Source: Lama guanicoe | Lineage: Eukaryota | Direction: 5' to 3' | Assembly (NCBI GenBank): GCA_013239625.1 | Contig: MU053881.1 | Span: 6,719,957 to 6,783,956, forward strand | DNA length: 64,000 nt | Part shown: positions 1 through 12,487 of the stretch, one piece after another | Position numbering within the stretch: the first letter of the stretch is position 1 | Layout: every line of letters starts with the position of its first letter | The notes under the pieces: model-generated | What the model saw: only the letters and a program-made list of their open reading frames with translations | What the model was told of the DNA's origin: nothing | Databases searched by the model: none | Program-made: the position numbers and the translations under genes

Positions 1-2364
1 AAGCCAGCACATCTGTCCAGACCTTCTGGCTCTCTCTCTGATCAGATCTGAACCTGACTCATGCTTTTTAGCCCAGAACCAGACTGGGGGTAATAAGTAC
101 CGGGGCACACACAGCTCTCCGGGTCAGGTCAGGAGAGGACAGAGAAATCCCTGGTGAGACTCTCTGCTGGAAGCCCAGAGGCGGGGCGGGAGAACTGGCG
201 GGCAGGTGATGGATTGGTCTAACGAGCTCTGGCTGCCCCACGGCGAGCTCACTACCCTGAGAACTCGGCTCCTCCTGCTGCTGCCCGGCGCGGGCTCCAC
301 AGGAAGACTGCAGGACACTTCCGAAACCTGTTTAATGCTGACCACTGGCTTTATTTACCAATTTAAAATTTTTCTCACGTAAACCTTCTCGTCACAAAGT
401 TAATTTACAGAAAAGGACATCATATAGAGTGTATGCCTATATTGCAAAACATATACTATAGGACACTACCTGTGAACGCCCTACCCTCTCAACCTCAGAA
501 ACACAACAGTGACCGAGGAGATAATGTCCCCTGGGAGATACTGTCAGCCTTGCTTATACGGATGAGGGATGAGCAGGAGGGAACTGGGAGAGTAGGAAAG
601 GTGGTTGGAGGCTGGAATCCAGCTGAGGAGTCTACAGTTTGGGGGTTATTTGAGTTTGTGGGTATCTGCCCATGTGTATGCGGTTTTATGCAGACCCCTG
701 ACGTATCTGTTTAACAGCTCCTCCACTGCCTGGAAATTAAGCTCAATTTCCCTAACTTGCACCAAGGCCCTCACAGATCCTGGCCAAGGATGCGGGATGC
801 AGATGTGAAGTGTCCAGGTACCTTTTTCATGGAGCCCCAGCCTAGAGGGGAGGACTGACAATAAGCAGATCCTGGCAGCAGGCAATGCCAGAAGGGGGAT
901 AGATATGAAGGAGCCGAAAGTAAGACTCACTCTTCCTATGGCCTACAGGAGGAAAAATTTAACTAGACGAGGGGATTTGGGGGTTGGACTTTGAAGGATA
1001 AATAGGAGTCTGCCTCAAGGCCGAGGGGAGGATCATCTCAAGCAGTAGATAGACAAGGTGTAATGTTATAAATTTTAAGAACTAGGGCATGTTGTAAACA
1101 GATCCTGTGCCGGGTATTGGGGAAGAAGCCAAAAATGAATTATATATGCTGTTGCTTTGAAGATAATTTGACATACTCGGAAATAACTATGTGGGTTTAT
1201 TGTGATAGCTTAAATAAGAGCAATATAAACAATATTTCAGGACTACAGAAGTAAAATTTTGAAGACAATGCACTTATCTTCTATCAAATTTGCACAGGGA
1301 GTTCAGGTGTTGATAGAGAGGAATCAATTCTGTCTAAGGTGATGAAGGATGCTGCCCTGAGGAGTGATGTTTAAGCTGGAATTGGAAAGAGGATTCTCAA
1401 GAGCAGATCAGACAAGGGACAAGGTGCGAAATAAAGATACTGCATAGTCCAGGGTTGACTTTCCCTAAGAAATACCTAGAATCAAAGCCTGTCTGGGATG
1501 GAAGAGAACCCAAGGATCGCTGTGTTTTCCAATCCTTGTATTTCACAGACGGAGAAGCTGAGGCCCTGGGAAGAGAAGGAACTTGTTGGAGGCCACGCAG
1601 CTTACTGGAGGCTAACAAGACACAGCTCCATACATTGACCTGCAATTTCTGGGTTTTAAACAACTCTTGGATTTATAAGCACTTTGTTTTATTTTATTAG
1701 ATTTGTGTGTCACGGCTGATGCCTTTAAGGATTTCTGTTCGTGCTTTTCCAGCTCATTAAAATGTAATAATAGACTTGGGGACCATTAGGATTTCAACTC
1801 CCTGAGTCAGCACTTGGCTGCCTCTTTCAGGGAAATGCACAGGTGGGTTGGAGGGCACCACCCGGGGTCACTCCCAGCCAGCCCCAGGGGTTCCACAGGC
1901 TGCAGTCAGGGTCACTCTGAGAGTGCCCTGTGACGAGTGGAGTCACTCTGTCCACTCTCACTCCCTCCGACCTTTCTCTACAGGTGAGCTTGGTGTCCCA
2001 CCTGCCAGCGATGCAGCTCGAAGGGATTTTTTTCCCCTGAGGTCCCAGCCAGTTTGAGTCTTCTGGTTTTAGATGGCAAATCAGTTTAAATAATAAGCAT
2101 CTTTGACCATGGCACTTTACTTTCAAGTTCATCATCCCAGCCACATGGGCAGGAGATGTGATGTAAGCATTTTATAAACACTCCAGGAAGGAAGAGGGCT
2201 TACCTAAGCCACACAGACAGGGAGGAGCAGAACTGAGACTTGTCACCCAAGTCCATGTAACTTTAAGGACAGTGCTATTTCCTAAACCAGAATGTAGTTT
2301 GCTACTAGACAAAAGAAAGCTTCACTACTGCGTGTGGAAAGAAAGAGGAGGAGCAGCCATAATG

Positions 2365-2495
2365 CAGGTTTTATATATATAAATATAAAAATTTTTATAT
2401 ATATGTATATGTGAGTCACTATGCTGTACACCAGAAATATGACATTGTAAATCAACTATACTTCAATAAAAAATAATAAAATAAAAATAAAATAA
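2365..2495 (+). mobile_element. Short 5'-truncated LINE-1 3' end with A-rich tail
   Basis: gagtcactatgctgtacaccagaaatatgacattgtaaatcaactatacttcaataaaaaataataaaa resembles laurasiatherian/cetartiodactyl L1 3'UTR ends, followed by an A-rich tail. Confidence 0.7.
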
Positions 2496-5400
2496 AGGGG
2501 GAAAAAAGGTTAACTATTATTTAGGGCCCCCAAATCCCAGATGCTGTTCCAAGCACTTTACCACTCTCCTCTCACTTAACCTTCATAACAGCTTTATGCT
2601 AGAAAACTCAAAATTAAGCCCAAATTTCTCACCATGGCTGCAAAGCCTTCTATGATTTGACCCCGGTTACAATTCCAAACTTACTCCTACCCATCTTTTC
2701 TTTCTCACTCCAATCTAGCCACTCTGGTCTTCCTGTGCCTCAAAATTGTTTCTACCTCAGGGCCTTTGCACAAGCTGTTACCTCTGCTCTTCCTAACAAT
2801 GGTCATACTGCTCAAATGTTACATTCTTATAGAGGCCTTCCCTAATCCCCACCAGTGCTATATTCCAATCCTGTGACTGTTTGTCCCTGAGAGGACCCAC
2901 ACTGTTCATTACTGGGGGCCAAACCCCAAGGGCAAAACTTGCCACATAAGGAGCCTCAAGAAACACATGAGCTACATGAAGAGTGCCAACTGGAGGCAGG
3001 AGAGGAGGAGGTAGGGAAAGAAGGCACGAGGTACCGGAACCTCCTGCCTATTGGTCACTCCTCCAGGCCACACCACTTTGAGATGGTTTCACAATAGACA
3101 CATCTTCAAGACAGAAAACTGTTGACTGAAGTTTACCCGTATTCCTTCCTGAAAATATTCACCATGCCCTAGTAGTGACTAACAAGTTTAAACACCTCTT
3201 GTATGCCAAGTCCTTTCAATGCACGAATATGTTGCATCCTTTTGACAACCCCATACAGTGGATACCTCTGGGATCCTGCTTTACAGCTCAGGAGAGAGGC
3301 CTGGGGTGTTGAGTCACTTGGCCAAGGTGCACAGCCAGAAAGGGGATTGCACACAGGGCGGAGGTTGGGGCCTCGGCAGGCTTGGCTCTGGAGTCTGCAT
3401 GCTTAACCTCTACTTTGCACTGCCTCTCAAGGGAGGTGGGGGGCCGGTCCAAAGTCATACAGCTGATATATGAAAATGTTGGGCTATAAACCCAGGTCTC
3501 TCCAAATCCTAAGGCAGGACAGCCCAGGAAAGCTTTAACAGGAAGCATGAGCAATTAGAATCCAGGCTGCAAACTAGCAAGAATTTCCCCATGTGGCAGT
3601 TGGAGCCGACTGCAAGATGAGGGTCTAGAAATATTCTGGTGCATTAAGGGGTGCCTCCTGCCTTTTCCTAATCACAGCTCAGGTTCTAACACAAATGCCC
3701 AGGGTCTCCCTCGTGAAATGAGGCATCCGCAGATGGGGCTGAAAGGAGACAAGCAGAAGAGACACTTGAGGTTGTCAGAGCTGGGAAGCTGGCTCCAGCC
3801 TGCTTCTGGGCCCGTCTGCCGCATGCTCCATGCCTCCCCTCCCCTCCCTGTCCCTCCGTCTCTCTTCCCTATTGACAGTAGGTCCTCCAAGCCTCTGCCC
3901 TGGCCTAGGGAGGAGACTCCAACCATAGGGAGCAGGTCCCTGACCAGTGAAGGGAAGGGAAGTATAGAAAGTCCTTGACTATGCCAAAGAGGGTGGGGCC
4001 ACCTGGCAGTGGAGCTGGGATGGGACCTAGGTGACGGCACACAGAGCAGGACTCCAGGAATCTCCCGAGACTGACAGCTCAGATGTATCCTTCCTCATCC
4101 TCACCCTCAAACTGTTTCTTGTGGGCCCTCCAAGAAGAGCTCTGGAGTTTGGGAACCCTGGGACACAAGCAGTAATGAGGGCCATTTTATAGCACAATGG
4201 TTTAGACAAAACTTTCAGGCCAACCATTTGCTGTTTGATGTTAAAGTGGCCTGATAAGCCTCACTTTGTTCATCTGTCAAATGGGGATAATGGCACCTGC
4301 TTTATGGGGTCTTGAGATTTTCATGTTGGTAATGCTGTGCCTAGGATGTACTCTGTGCTCAATAAACAGTCAAGCAGTTGCTACTGTCACTATTGGAGTA
4401 GGTCATGGAAAGTTCCTAGCAGGCTGGTCTACATTGGCCCAACCTTGTCCCACGCTGGGGCAAGAGGTCAGATCACAGGTGCCTAGAAGCCAGACTTGGC
4501 CTGAGTAGTGTTTCCACCCCATTAGCCTTTCCTCAGCGACTTTCTGTCCCTGCCTTGTAGCCCTGTGGCCCCCGAATTATAAGACAATCTCAATAACTTG
4601 ATTCTTCACAATTCCTAAGACCTTCTCCATTTTTCCAAGACTTTCAAAGATGCCATCCAAGTTCATTTCATGAGGACCCTGCGAGACAGGCAGAAACACC
4701 CCTGTTGACAGGTGAGGATGGCCTCACTACAGAACCGCTCAGCAGCACGTCTCTGGAGGAGTATTTGCTCCTGGCTTGCTGGTGCCTTCCAGCATCTACC
4801 CAAGAATTGTTTAGGGCAGAGCCTGGAGGTAGGGGGTTGGCGTCCCTGGGACACAGTGACATAAAGTAGAAAGGGCAGAAGCTGTGGTCACAGCTGGCCC
4901 TTGGAGAGAGTCCTGAGGCCACTGCACCTGTGTGTCTTCACCTCTCAGAGCCTCAGTTTCCCCATCTGTAATATGGGATGATAATGCCAACTTGGCAGGG
5001 TGGCTGAGGTTAAACACACCAGACAGGCGTGGAAGGTGCTCCACACGTGTTGCCTCCTGGAGGAGTCACCTCTGTCCTTTTGGAGGGCATGGCTCCCATC
5101 TCACCCTTCTGCACTCAAAGACCTTCCTTTGGAAGCGGGATTCCTAGAGCATGAATCAGGTGCCCCGAAGTCACCTCCACAGACGCTGTTGACAATCAGG
5201 CTGAGCAGCACATTTGCATTAACTTAAGTAATGGCTAAGCTCAGACTCAGCCTAATTGGTGAACCTAAGTCTGCAGATTGTTTATTGGTGGAGCAAAGAG
5301 GAGCCCGAGTACTCTTGTTCTAGGGAGAAGGGGCTGGAAGGAAAGCGACTCTGCTTCGCCTGCCAGTGGCGAGGGATAATTACAGCGCTTGTCAAAATAA

Positions 5401-6917
5401 GATGTGGAGATGGAGCCCATTCCCCGCCAGCCGGCTTCTCAAATCCCCTGGGAATCCCTGGTTTAATTAAATACCTGGTGCAAACACTTGGCGCTGGGTA
5501 TTGGCAACGCGACAACACGCCTGGATTAAAAGTCCACCCCAAACTGAGCCAGGATGAGTGCTTTTCCCCTCCCCTCCTCACAGGCTCCGGGAGGTGCAGG
5601 GTAAGGGGTGGGGGCCGAGAAAAAGGAGAGGAGACGGGGGAAGGAGAGGATGATAAACACGGGAAAGAAACAGAATCAAAGGAAGCTCTGGCTGGAGCAG
5701 AAGGGATTAAATGGAACATAAAAAGAATTTCCCAACTGGGAATCGTGTCTGCAAAGAAATTTTCTCTCTTGATTAAGAAAATAAGACTCACATCCTTGAG
5801 TACAGCCACGGGTGGTGAATCTCCGTTTGGAGAAGGGTGGCTGGGCTGCTCAGCCCTGGCGTCTAAGATCCTGCAGCTTTGTGAGTTTCATTCTCTCATC
5901 AAGCCACCTTCCCCATTCCTCGGTCCTTGAAAGTCACTGCCCTCTTTTTACCACTTTGGCCCAGTTTTGCACAGAAGAGCCATCTTTTAATCCCTCTACA
6001 GAATGGCTGAGCTGGGCTGCAACGTTAGACAAGACTTAACTGAAATCCTGGGATGACAACTGGAAAATTAACACCGACCATATCTCGAATCTGGATAAGC
6101 CAGTGTGCAAAATGCAACTTCCTCTGAGAGGCTCCCAGGACCTTCTCATCTTTGTTAGTGGCCGCCAATCCAGAGCCCATTCTGGCCCACCTCCTACTGA
6201 TTCTAGACTGGACGTCTCAACGTAGTGGCCCAGGGAGTTGACCTAGTTAGCACTTAGATGTATTTTCTTGAGGACACGCAGTCTTTTAAACATCAGATAA
6301 TTTTGCATGACAGCTGTATATCCAGATTCTCACGAAAAATCAGAAGACCTGGCCACACAGGGCCACGTTCCCACAAACATGAATGGTCAGCTGGAACTGA
6401 GGACAGGCCACACCCTTGCAAGCATCTGATCTTGTCACACTGGGCTAGACCTGGAATGAGAGGGCAAGAGCCAAGACATGACCCTCTTGCACTGCCTGCC
6501 TGCATTGTACTAGGTATCGAATCAGCTGTAAAAATCTCATGGGAAAGATAAGTGCATGTTCACCCATTCATTCATCCATCCATCCATCCACTCAACACAT
6601 GTTACTGAGCACTTCCTCTGTTCTAGGTACTCTGCTAAACCTGGGGACAGAAGGTTAAATAAAATAGATATCCTAGGTCCACCTTCTCACTCTGAGTTTC
6701 CTGTCTGAGGTCCTCTCATTACTTGTAAGGAATTGTAACTGGGAATCACCTCCCCTTCAAGCCAGCCTTCCTGTGAGGTGTCTGTATTTTCCCAAGATGA
6801 AAATTGTGCCACTGAACAACTTGGCAATGCCACCATGTGTACAAGAGATGTGTTAGCATGCTGAGGGGCGGGGTGGTGTGGAGAGTTTTCCATTGTTTTA
6901 ACTCACAGACAAGAGAG

Positions 6918-7120
6918 AGGAGGTGGTATCACGCAGAGTTAAAAAGAATGTAGATTCTGGGCCAGACTGTGTGAGTTTAAATCCTGGCTCAGTGCTACCT
7001 TGGGCAAGTTACTTAGCCTCTCTGTGCCTCAGTTTTCCTCATCTGTTAAATGGGAATAATGATCATTCCTACCTCATGAACTTGTTATGAGAATTAACAT
7101 TTGTTAAGTAATTAGGACAT
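6918..7120 (+). mobile_element. MIR SINE
   Basis: MIR core ccttgggcaagttacttagcctctctgtgcctcagttttcctcatctgttaaatgggaataat, with a tRNA-like head upstream. Confidence 0.8.
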
Positions 7121-7639
7121 AATAGGAGTTCTATTTAAGGATGTGATCAACAAATAAGTAAGAACCAGGGATACACACAAGTTCTGAGATAGGAGTACAG
7201 GACATGTGGTTTCTGAGCATCCTTACATGTTCATGGTTATAGGATTCATCTGCAAAATAGAGCTGCACTTCACGGGACTGTTGTATTATACAGAATGTGC
7301 TCACTGGGGTTTTCTTCCTTTGTCTCCCCCTCCAGCACAGGCTTGGCAGCTTCATAGCTTCATGCTTTGGTGTGTGGCCTCAGCACACCTCTGGGACAAG
7401 TTCCCTGCATATCAAGCAGCCCAGAGCTGAAGATGATGTCATTCTCTGGGAGCCCTCCAGGGCCGGCTGGGCTTCTGAGGAAGGAGGGAGGGAGGAGGGA
7501 GGCAAAGGTTGCATCTCACCGCTCCGAGTGCTAACCCCCGCTCCTCGTCAGCACCAGCCCTGGCCTGGACAGCTCCTGATTGCCTCTCTGGTCCATTCTG
7601 TCCCCTTTGTAATTCCTTCCTCATACAGCTGAGCTTTGA

Positions 7640-8237
7640 AAAGCATCAATGGGAGCTTGTTATTCCTGCTTAAAACCATCTAGCAGCCTTCCTTTGCACT
7701 TAAAATAAGATCCCAAATCCTTAGCATGGCCCACAAGGCCTTGCACGGCCTGGCCATCACTCGCCTCTTAACTGCTCCTTCAAGCACCCCCCCCCCCATT
7801 TACTGTGGTCCAACCATGGCTGCCTGCCATCTCTTCTCTCTGCCTGGCCTGGAGTGGCATTCCATCTTCCCCCAGATGTTTATATATCTGGCCCTTTCCT
7901 GTTACAGAAGCCTGAGCACAAATGCCATCTCTGCAAGGGAGGTCTCCAGGATTTCTCCATCAAAGCAGCTCTCCAGTCTCCCTGCATTATTTGCTCACAT
8001 CCCCGTGTTTTATTTCCTTTGCAGCCCTTATCATTGCTTCCAACTACCTTATTGGTTTGTTACCTTGACTGTTGTCTGTCCCCACCCCCATTAGCAGAGC
8101 AGCTGATCATAAATCCCATGAAAACAAGCACGTGGTTTTGCTCTTTTTTGTTCTGCTCTGTATCCCCAGCCCCCAGCTTGGGGCCTGGCACATTGCTAAC
8201 TCAATAAATATTTGTGAAATCAATGCATGGATGAATA
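7640..8237 (+). mobile_element. LINE-2 3' region
   Basis: ctgcttaaaacc...aaataagatcccaaatccttagcatggcccacaaggcc... ending in cctggcacattgctaactcaataaatatttgtgaaatcaatgcatggatgaat, the typical L2 3' terminus. Confidence 0.7.
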
Positions 8238-8423
8238 GATTCATTCTTTTCAGAGGCCAAGAGATGTGTCCTGGTCCTTCCCAGGGCCTGATGCTGCACT
8301 GAGACCTCCTGTGACAAATGGTTCTAATTTTAATAACTTCCTAAAGGCTAGGAAAATGCAGTGTCTTTGATCTATAGCACAGAGGACTGAGTCTCTCTCC
8401 AGCCCATCCAGACTTCACCATGA

Positions 8424-8465
8424 ACACACACACACACACACATATGCCGGCGCACACATAAACAC
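8424..8465. repeat. Interrupted (CA)n microsatellite
   Basis: acacacacacacacacatatgccggcgcacacataaacacac seen directly. Confidence 0.85.
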
Positions 8466-8689
8466 ACCATTGTGTAAATAAGTGAAACTGTGTGGATGAA
8501 GGAAAAGAGGATGGAGTTTGGGCTCAGATGCCCCTGAATTACAAACCTGGTGAAGCCCTGGCCAAGACTGTAAGGAAAGAAAGTGTGGGTAACACAGAAC
8601 CTATAAGAAGGGGGGCTCTGGTTCTGCATAGCTATCATTCCATGGGGGGGTGCATTTACCCTGCACTTTGGCAATGGTTACACACACGT

Positions 8690-9410
8690 CTCTGGTGTTC
8701 TACACTGTGTAGGGTCGAGAATGCAGTGAGTCAGATGCAGTATTTGCCCTCAAGCAGCACCTCCCATCCAGGGTGGACACAGATAATAACATGACCTTGA
8801 ATGTGGCAAAGGCCACACAGATACATGCAGAAAGCAGTACGAGAGGCCAGGTGAAAAAAACACATTGCAGTCTATGCCAGGGCTAAGATGATGAAAAGCC
8901 CCAGAGAGGCTCGGACTGCTGAGCTAAAGGATGTTTTGTTGAAAGGCAAGAAAGAGAAAAGACACATAAGATGAAGAGTATGAAAAAGGAAGTGTCAATT
9001 TGTGTGCTGTGGTTGGGGTGCAGTGGGTTGAGTATAGCTGAGTTGAGGATATATGGTGAGACAGGAAGGGATACACGTGGGGAGAGAAGCAGTGGAGTCT
9101 TTAATACCTGCTAAGCCACCCAGGCACCTTCAGCATAAACTTTGGGGACACTTTGGGGGCTGCTTGACAAGGAAGAGTTGTGGTCAGACTTAACGTTCAG
9201 GAAGATTACACTGGTGCGGTTGTGGGGCATGGATTGGAAGAATGAGAGTTAGGGGTAGGGAAATGAGATCAGGGGGCCATTGAGAAAGGATCACGGCCTG
9301 TTCCAAGGAAATGGTATTTCAGAGAGAAAGGAGAGGATGAAATTAAGAGTAACTTATGAAGTAGACTTAAGGTTCTTGGTGACCAACTGAACATAGTATT
9401 GAGTGACAGG
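8690..9410 (-). mobile_element. Degenerate LINE-2 fragment
   Basis: Purine-rich sequence with L2-like phrases (ggtcagacttaacgttcaggaagattacactgg, gtggggcatggattggaag). Confidence 0.5.
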
Positions 9411-9424
9411 AAGGAGCTGAAGAT

Positions 9425-9745
9425 TACTATTACTATCATCATCATCATCATCACCAATACGATTACTGTCATCACCATCTTCATCACCATCATCACCATC
9501 ATCATCATTGTCATCACCAACCTCATCATAATTATTTCACCATCATTATCATCAGAATCACCACCATCATCCAACAATATCATCACCATCATCATTACTA
9601 TTGTCCACCATCATTATCACCACCATCACTGTCATATCATCTTCATTGTCATCATGACCATCATTGCCATCATCATCCAACACCAGCATCATTATAACTA
9701 TAGTCATCAACACCATCATCACCACCATCACCACCATCATCACTC
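9425..9745. repeat. Long degenerate (CAT/CAC)n trinucleotide tract (~320 bp)
   Basis: Directly visible; it generates the spurious poly-Ile/His/Met ORFs in the track. Confidence 0.95.
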
Positions 9746-10254
9746 CAGCTAACATTTACTGAACTTGGACTGTGATTCAGACACTGTTGCAGAGCTTAAT
9801 TTAGGAAGAATCCTCAGATCCATCAGAGATTCTGTAAGTCTTAAAACCACTTACTTCCTTACCTGTCTCTCCTGAACTTTCTTCCCTAGATAAATGATGT
9901 CTGCTGTTTGAGGAACAAATGAGTTTGCGCTTAGTCTTCCTTATGGTTCTCTTGAGTGGTACAATTATATCAGTAAGTTTTGCTGCTTCTAGGCTAGGTG
10001 CAATAAATAGCCAAATATCTGGCCAACTGCCCAGCTTGTGGGCCCTGTTCCATAGCCATGGTCCTATACCTTGAGAAGCATCAAGGTTCTAACCACTTGA
10101 TATGTCTTTCTTAATGCTTCCATGACAGCTCAATATTCCCATAAACTCCACAAGACAGAAACTCTGCCTGTTTTATTCATCAGTGTATGCCTGCAGTGGT
10201 AGGCGTAGCGGGCATTCAACAAATATTTGCTGAATAAATGTTACTTATCTCTAT

Positions 10255-10558
10255 AACCCATTTTTCAGTGTTCATTGAGGGTTGACAAATTTCTGTGACA
10301 GATGTGAATTCTATCCTGAAAAATGAATTATCACTGTTCCAAGTTCCTTATATTTCTGAGGTTAAATATGATTTGAAAATGCCGAATCAAACAAAATTAA
10401 AGACTTTTTTTTAAATCACAGAACTTCTCAGGGCCATTAATATTCCAATATATGGTGTGAATCTCTAAGATAATATATAACATTCTTTAAGCTTATTTAA
10501 ACATAGAGACCCTTTACATGATTTAATGTGTCAAGGAACAAGCTTTCAGAAATGCTGC
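10255..10558. mobile_element. Probable hAT-Charlie-like non-autonomous DNA transposon relic
   Basis: acagaacttctcagggccattaatattccaatatatggtgtgaatctc...ggaacaagctttcagaaatgctg resembles Charlie4-type consensus as recalled; not verified. Confidence 0.45.
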
Positions 10559-11099
10559 AGTTAAATCAAGTGTGCAGTGATTTCATCAGGGTAAACCAGC
10601 TATCATTACTGCAGTTTTCCTTAATTATATTCTTAACATGGTTAAGAGACAGATAATCAATTTTGTCAATTAGTTGCATGAATGTCAGTTCCTTAAATCA
10701 GAGCAGGTTTTCTTAGCCAAGAACAGCATCATGGTTTCAGGGTGGGACTAAAATCTTTTTGTATTAAAAAAGAACCCAGGAAAACAAAAAGGCTGATTTA
10801 TGACATACACTTTTCAGGCCAGATGAGAACTTGTTCCATTGAAAGGTCTACAGCTTTTAACAACAGGATCCCTGCTCCGGTGGACTTGGAGTGGAGACAG
10901 AAGGGCTTACCGTTGGGTGTGCAGAAGGCAAGCACAAGCAGGGACCGCAGCCCTCACAGTGACTGTGAGTTCCCCAGTGCACTGCCTGGTTTCTCTAGCT
11001 TCAGTCCCCATGCTGGAGGTCCTGGAATCAGGATTCTCCCATCTAAAGAGGGACAGGATGGCTTAGCCTGGGGAAATCAGTGATTCTGAAAGCAGATCT

Positions 11100-12480
11100 A
11101 CTGCCTTTAAATAATGATTTGTAAAGAATGAGCTATGCACTCTGCGGCCACGCCTAGCCACTGCAAATCTTGCTTGGATACCAGGAGGTAAAACCTAGGC
11201 CCTACCAAGTGGGTAGAGGCCCCCATATACAACTTAGATCTCAAAGGGTTAGACCTTTCATATGAAGGTGAATAAGAAATAAATTGACATGGAAAATCTG
11301 CCTGACCTGACTTTGATTCTGGGGGTGAAGTGAGGCAGGGAGCGGGACTCGTGTTCCCTGAGAATTTGTAACCATATGCTAACCCTCACTTGGGCTTGTG
11401 GTCTGAAAAACCTCGAGCAGAAAATTTAATTTAAAATAGTTTAGGATTGGTAGTTCTCCCAGGTGGCTGGAAAAAAACAAACACAGTCCTTTCTGGAGAA
11501 GTGACACTTTACTTCAGTCCTCAGAAAATTCTGAAAGATAAAGTTCCAAGGAAAATTCATTGTCAAAAATTACAAAACACACAATGAAACAAGGCACTAT
11601 GAGACAGATCCAGCAGGAACAACAGAAAGCAAAATCAGATCAGCAAAGCTTCAAATATTAGAATTTTAATTAGACAAAATAGAAGATGGCCACATTCACA
11701 TGTTTAAAGAAATAAAAAGGAGGCTTCAAAATATGAGCAAATAATGAGATATGGTAAGAAAAAAAAGAATCATACAGAACATCTAGAAATCCATATATTA
11801 ATTAAAAAACTTAAAGCCTCAATGGGGTTATGGATAGATTAAAGAGCAAATTAGACACAACTAAAGAGAGAATTAGTAAGCAATTAGGTAGAAATAAGTA
11901 AAAGTATCTAGAATGCAAGATGGGAAAAATGAAAGATGTTAAAAGATGTGGAGGATGTAGAGTGAGAATGTCTAACACAAGCTGCTGCTAAAGAGTATTC
12001 AGTCAGTGAACAGCCCAATTTTAGAAGGTGCGGGAAACGTCACAATCTATGACAGAGAAATAGTGAAAGCAATCCGAGGGAAGAGTTAGGTCACCTACAA
12101 ATAAGCAGCAATTAGGCTAACAGCTTTCTACTCAACAACAACGGAAGCCAGAACGTAGCGGAATAATATTTTCGGTGAGTGAAGAGAAAATAATGGACCA
12201 CCTGCAAATGTATACCCAGAGAAATTATGTTTCAAGAATGAGAGCAAACTAAAGGCATCTTTGAACAAATGAAAACTGAGGGTTTACCACCAATAGATCC
12301 TCACCAAAGGAAATTCTTAGAGACGTTAGCTTAGTCAGAAGGAAAATTGACTCAGATAAAGAGTCTGAGATTCAAGAAGGAATACTAAGGAAATACGTGA
12401 TCAATATGAGGGTATATCTGAATAATCATACTATATAAATTAATAATAATAATGTTTAATTTACTGAAAATAACAGGATA
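11100..12480 (+). mobile_element. Ancient LINE-1 (L1M-type) 5'/ORF1 relic (outer element)
   Basis: A-rich. From 12111 it translates as IRLTAFYSTTTEART*RNNIFGE*RENNGPPANVYPEKLCFKNESKLKASLNK*KLR, a decayed match to the L1 ORF1p C-terminal region (IRLTADFS...ARREW..IF...YPAKLSF..EG.IK.F.DKQ.LR). Confidence 0.8.
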
Positions 12481-12487
12481 AAATACT

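Noticed and set aside
5256..5930. 224-aa plus-strand and 175-aa minus-strand ORFs
   Set aside because: No recognisable homology or coding-like composition; better explained as non-coding regulatory sequence.
9269..9755. Poly-Ile/His/Met ORFs resembling a membrane or metal-binding protein
   Set aside because: Translations of a (CAT/CAC)n simple repeat; no splice or promoter context.
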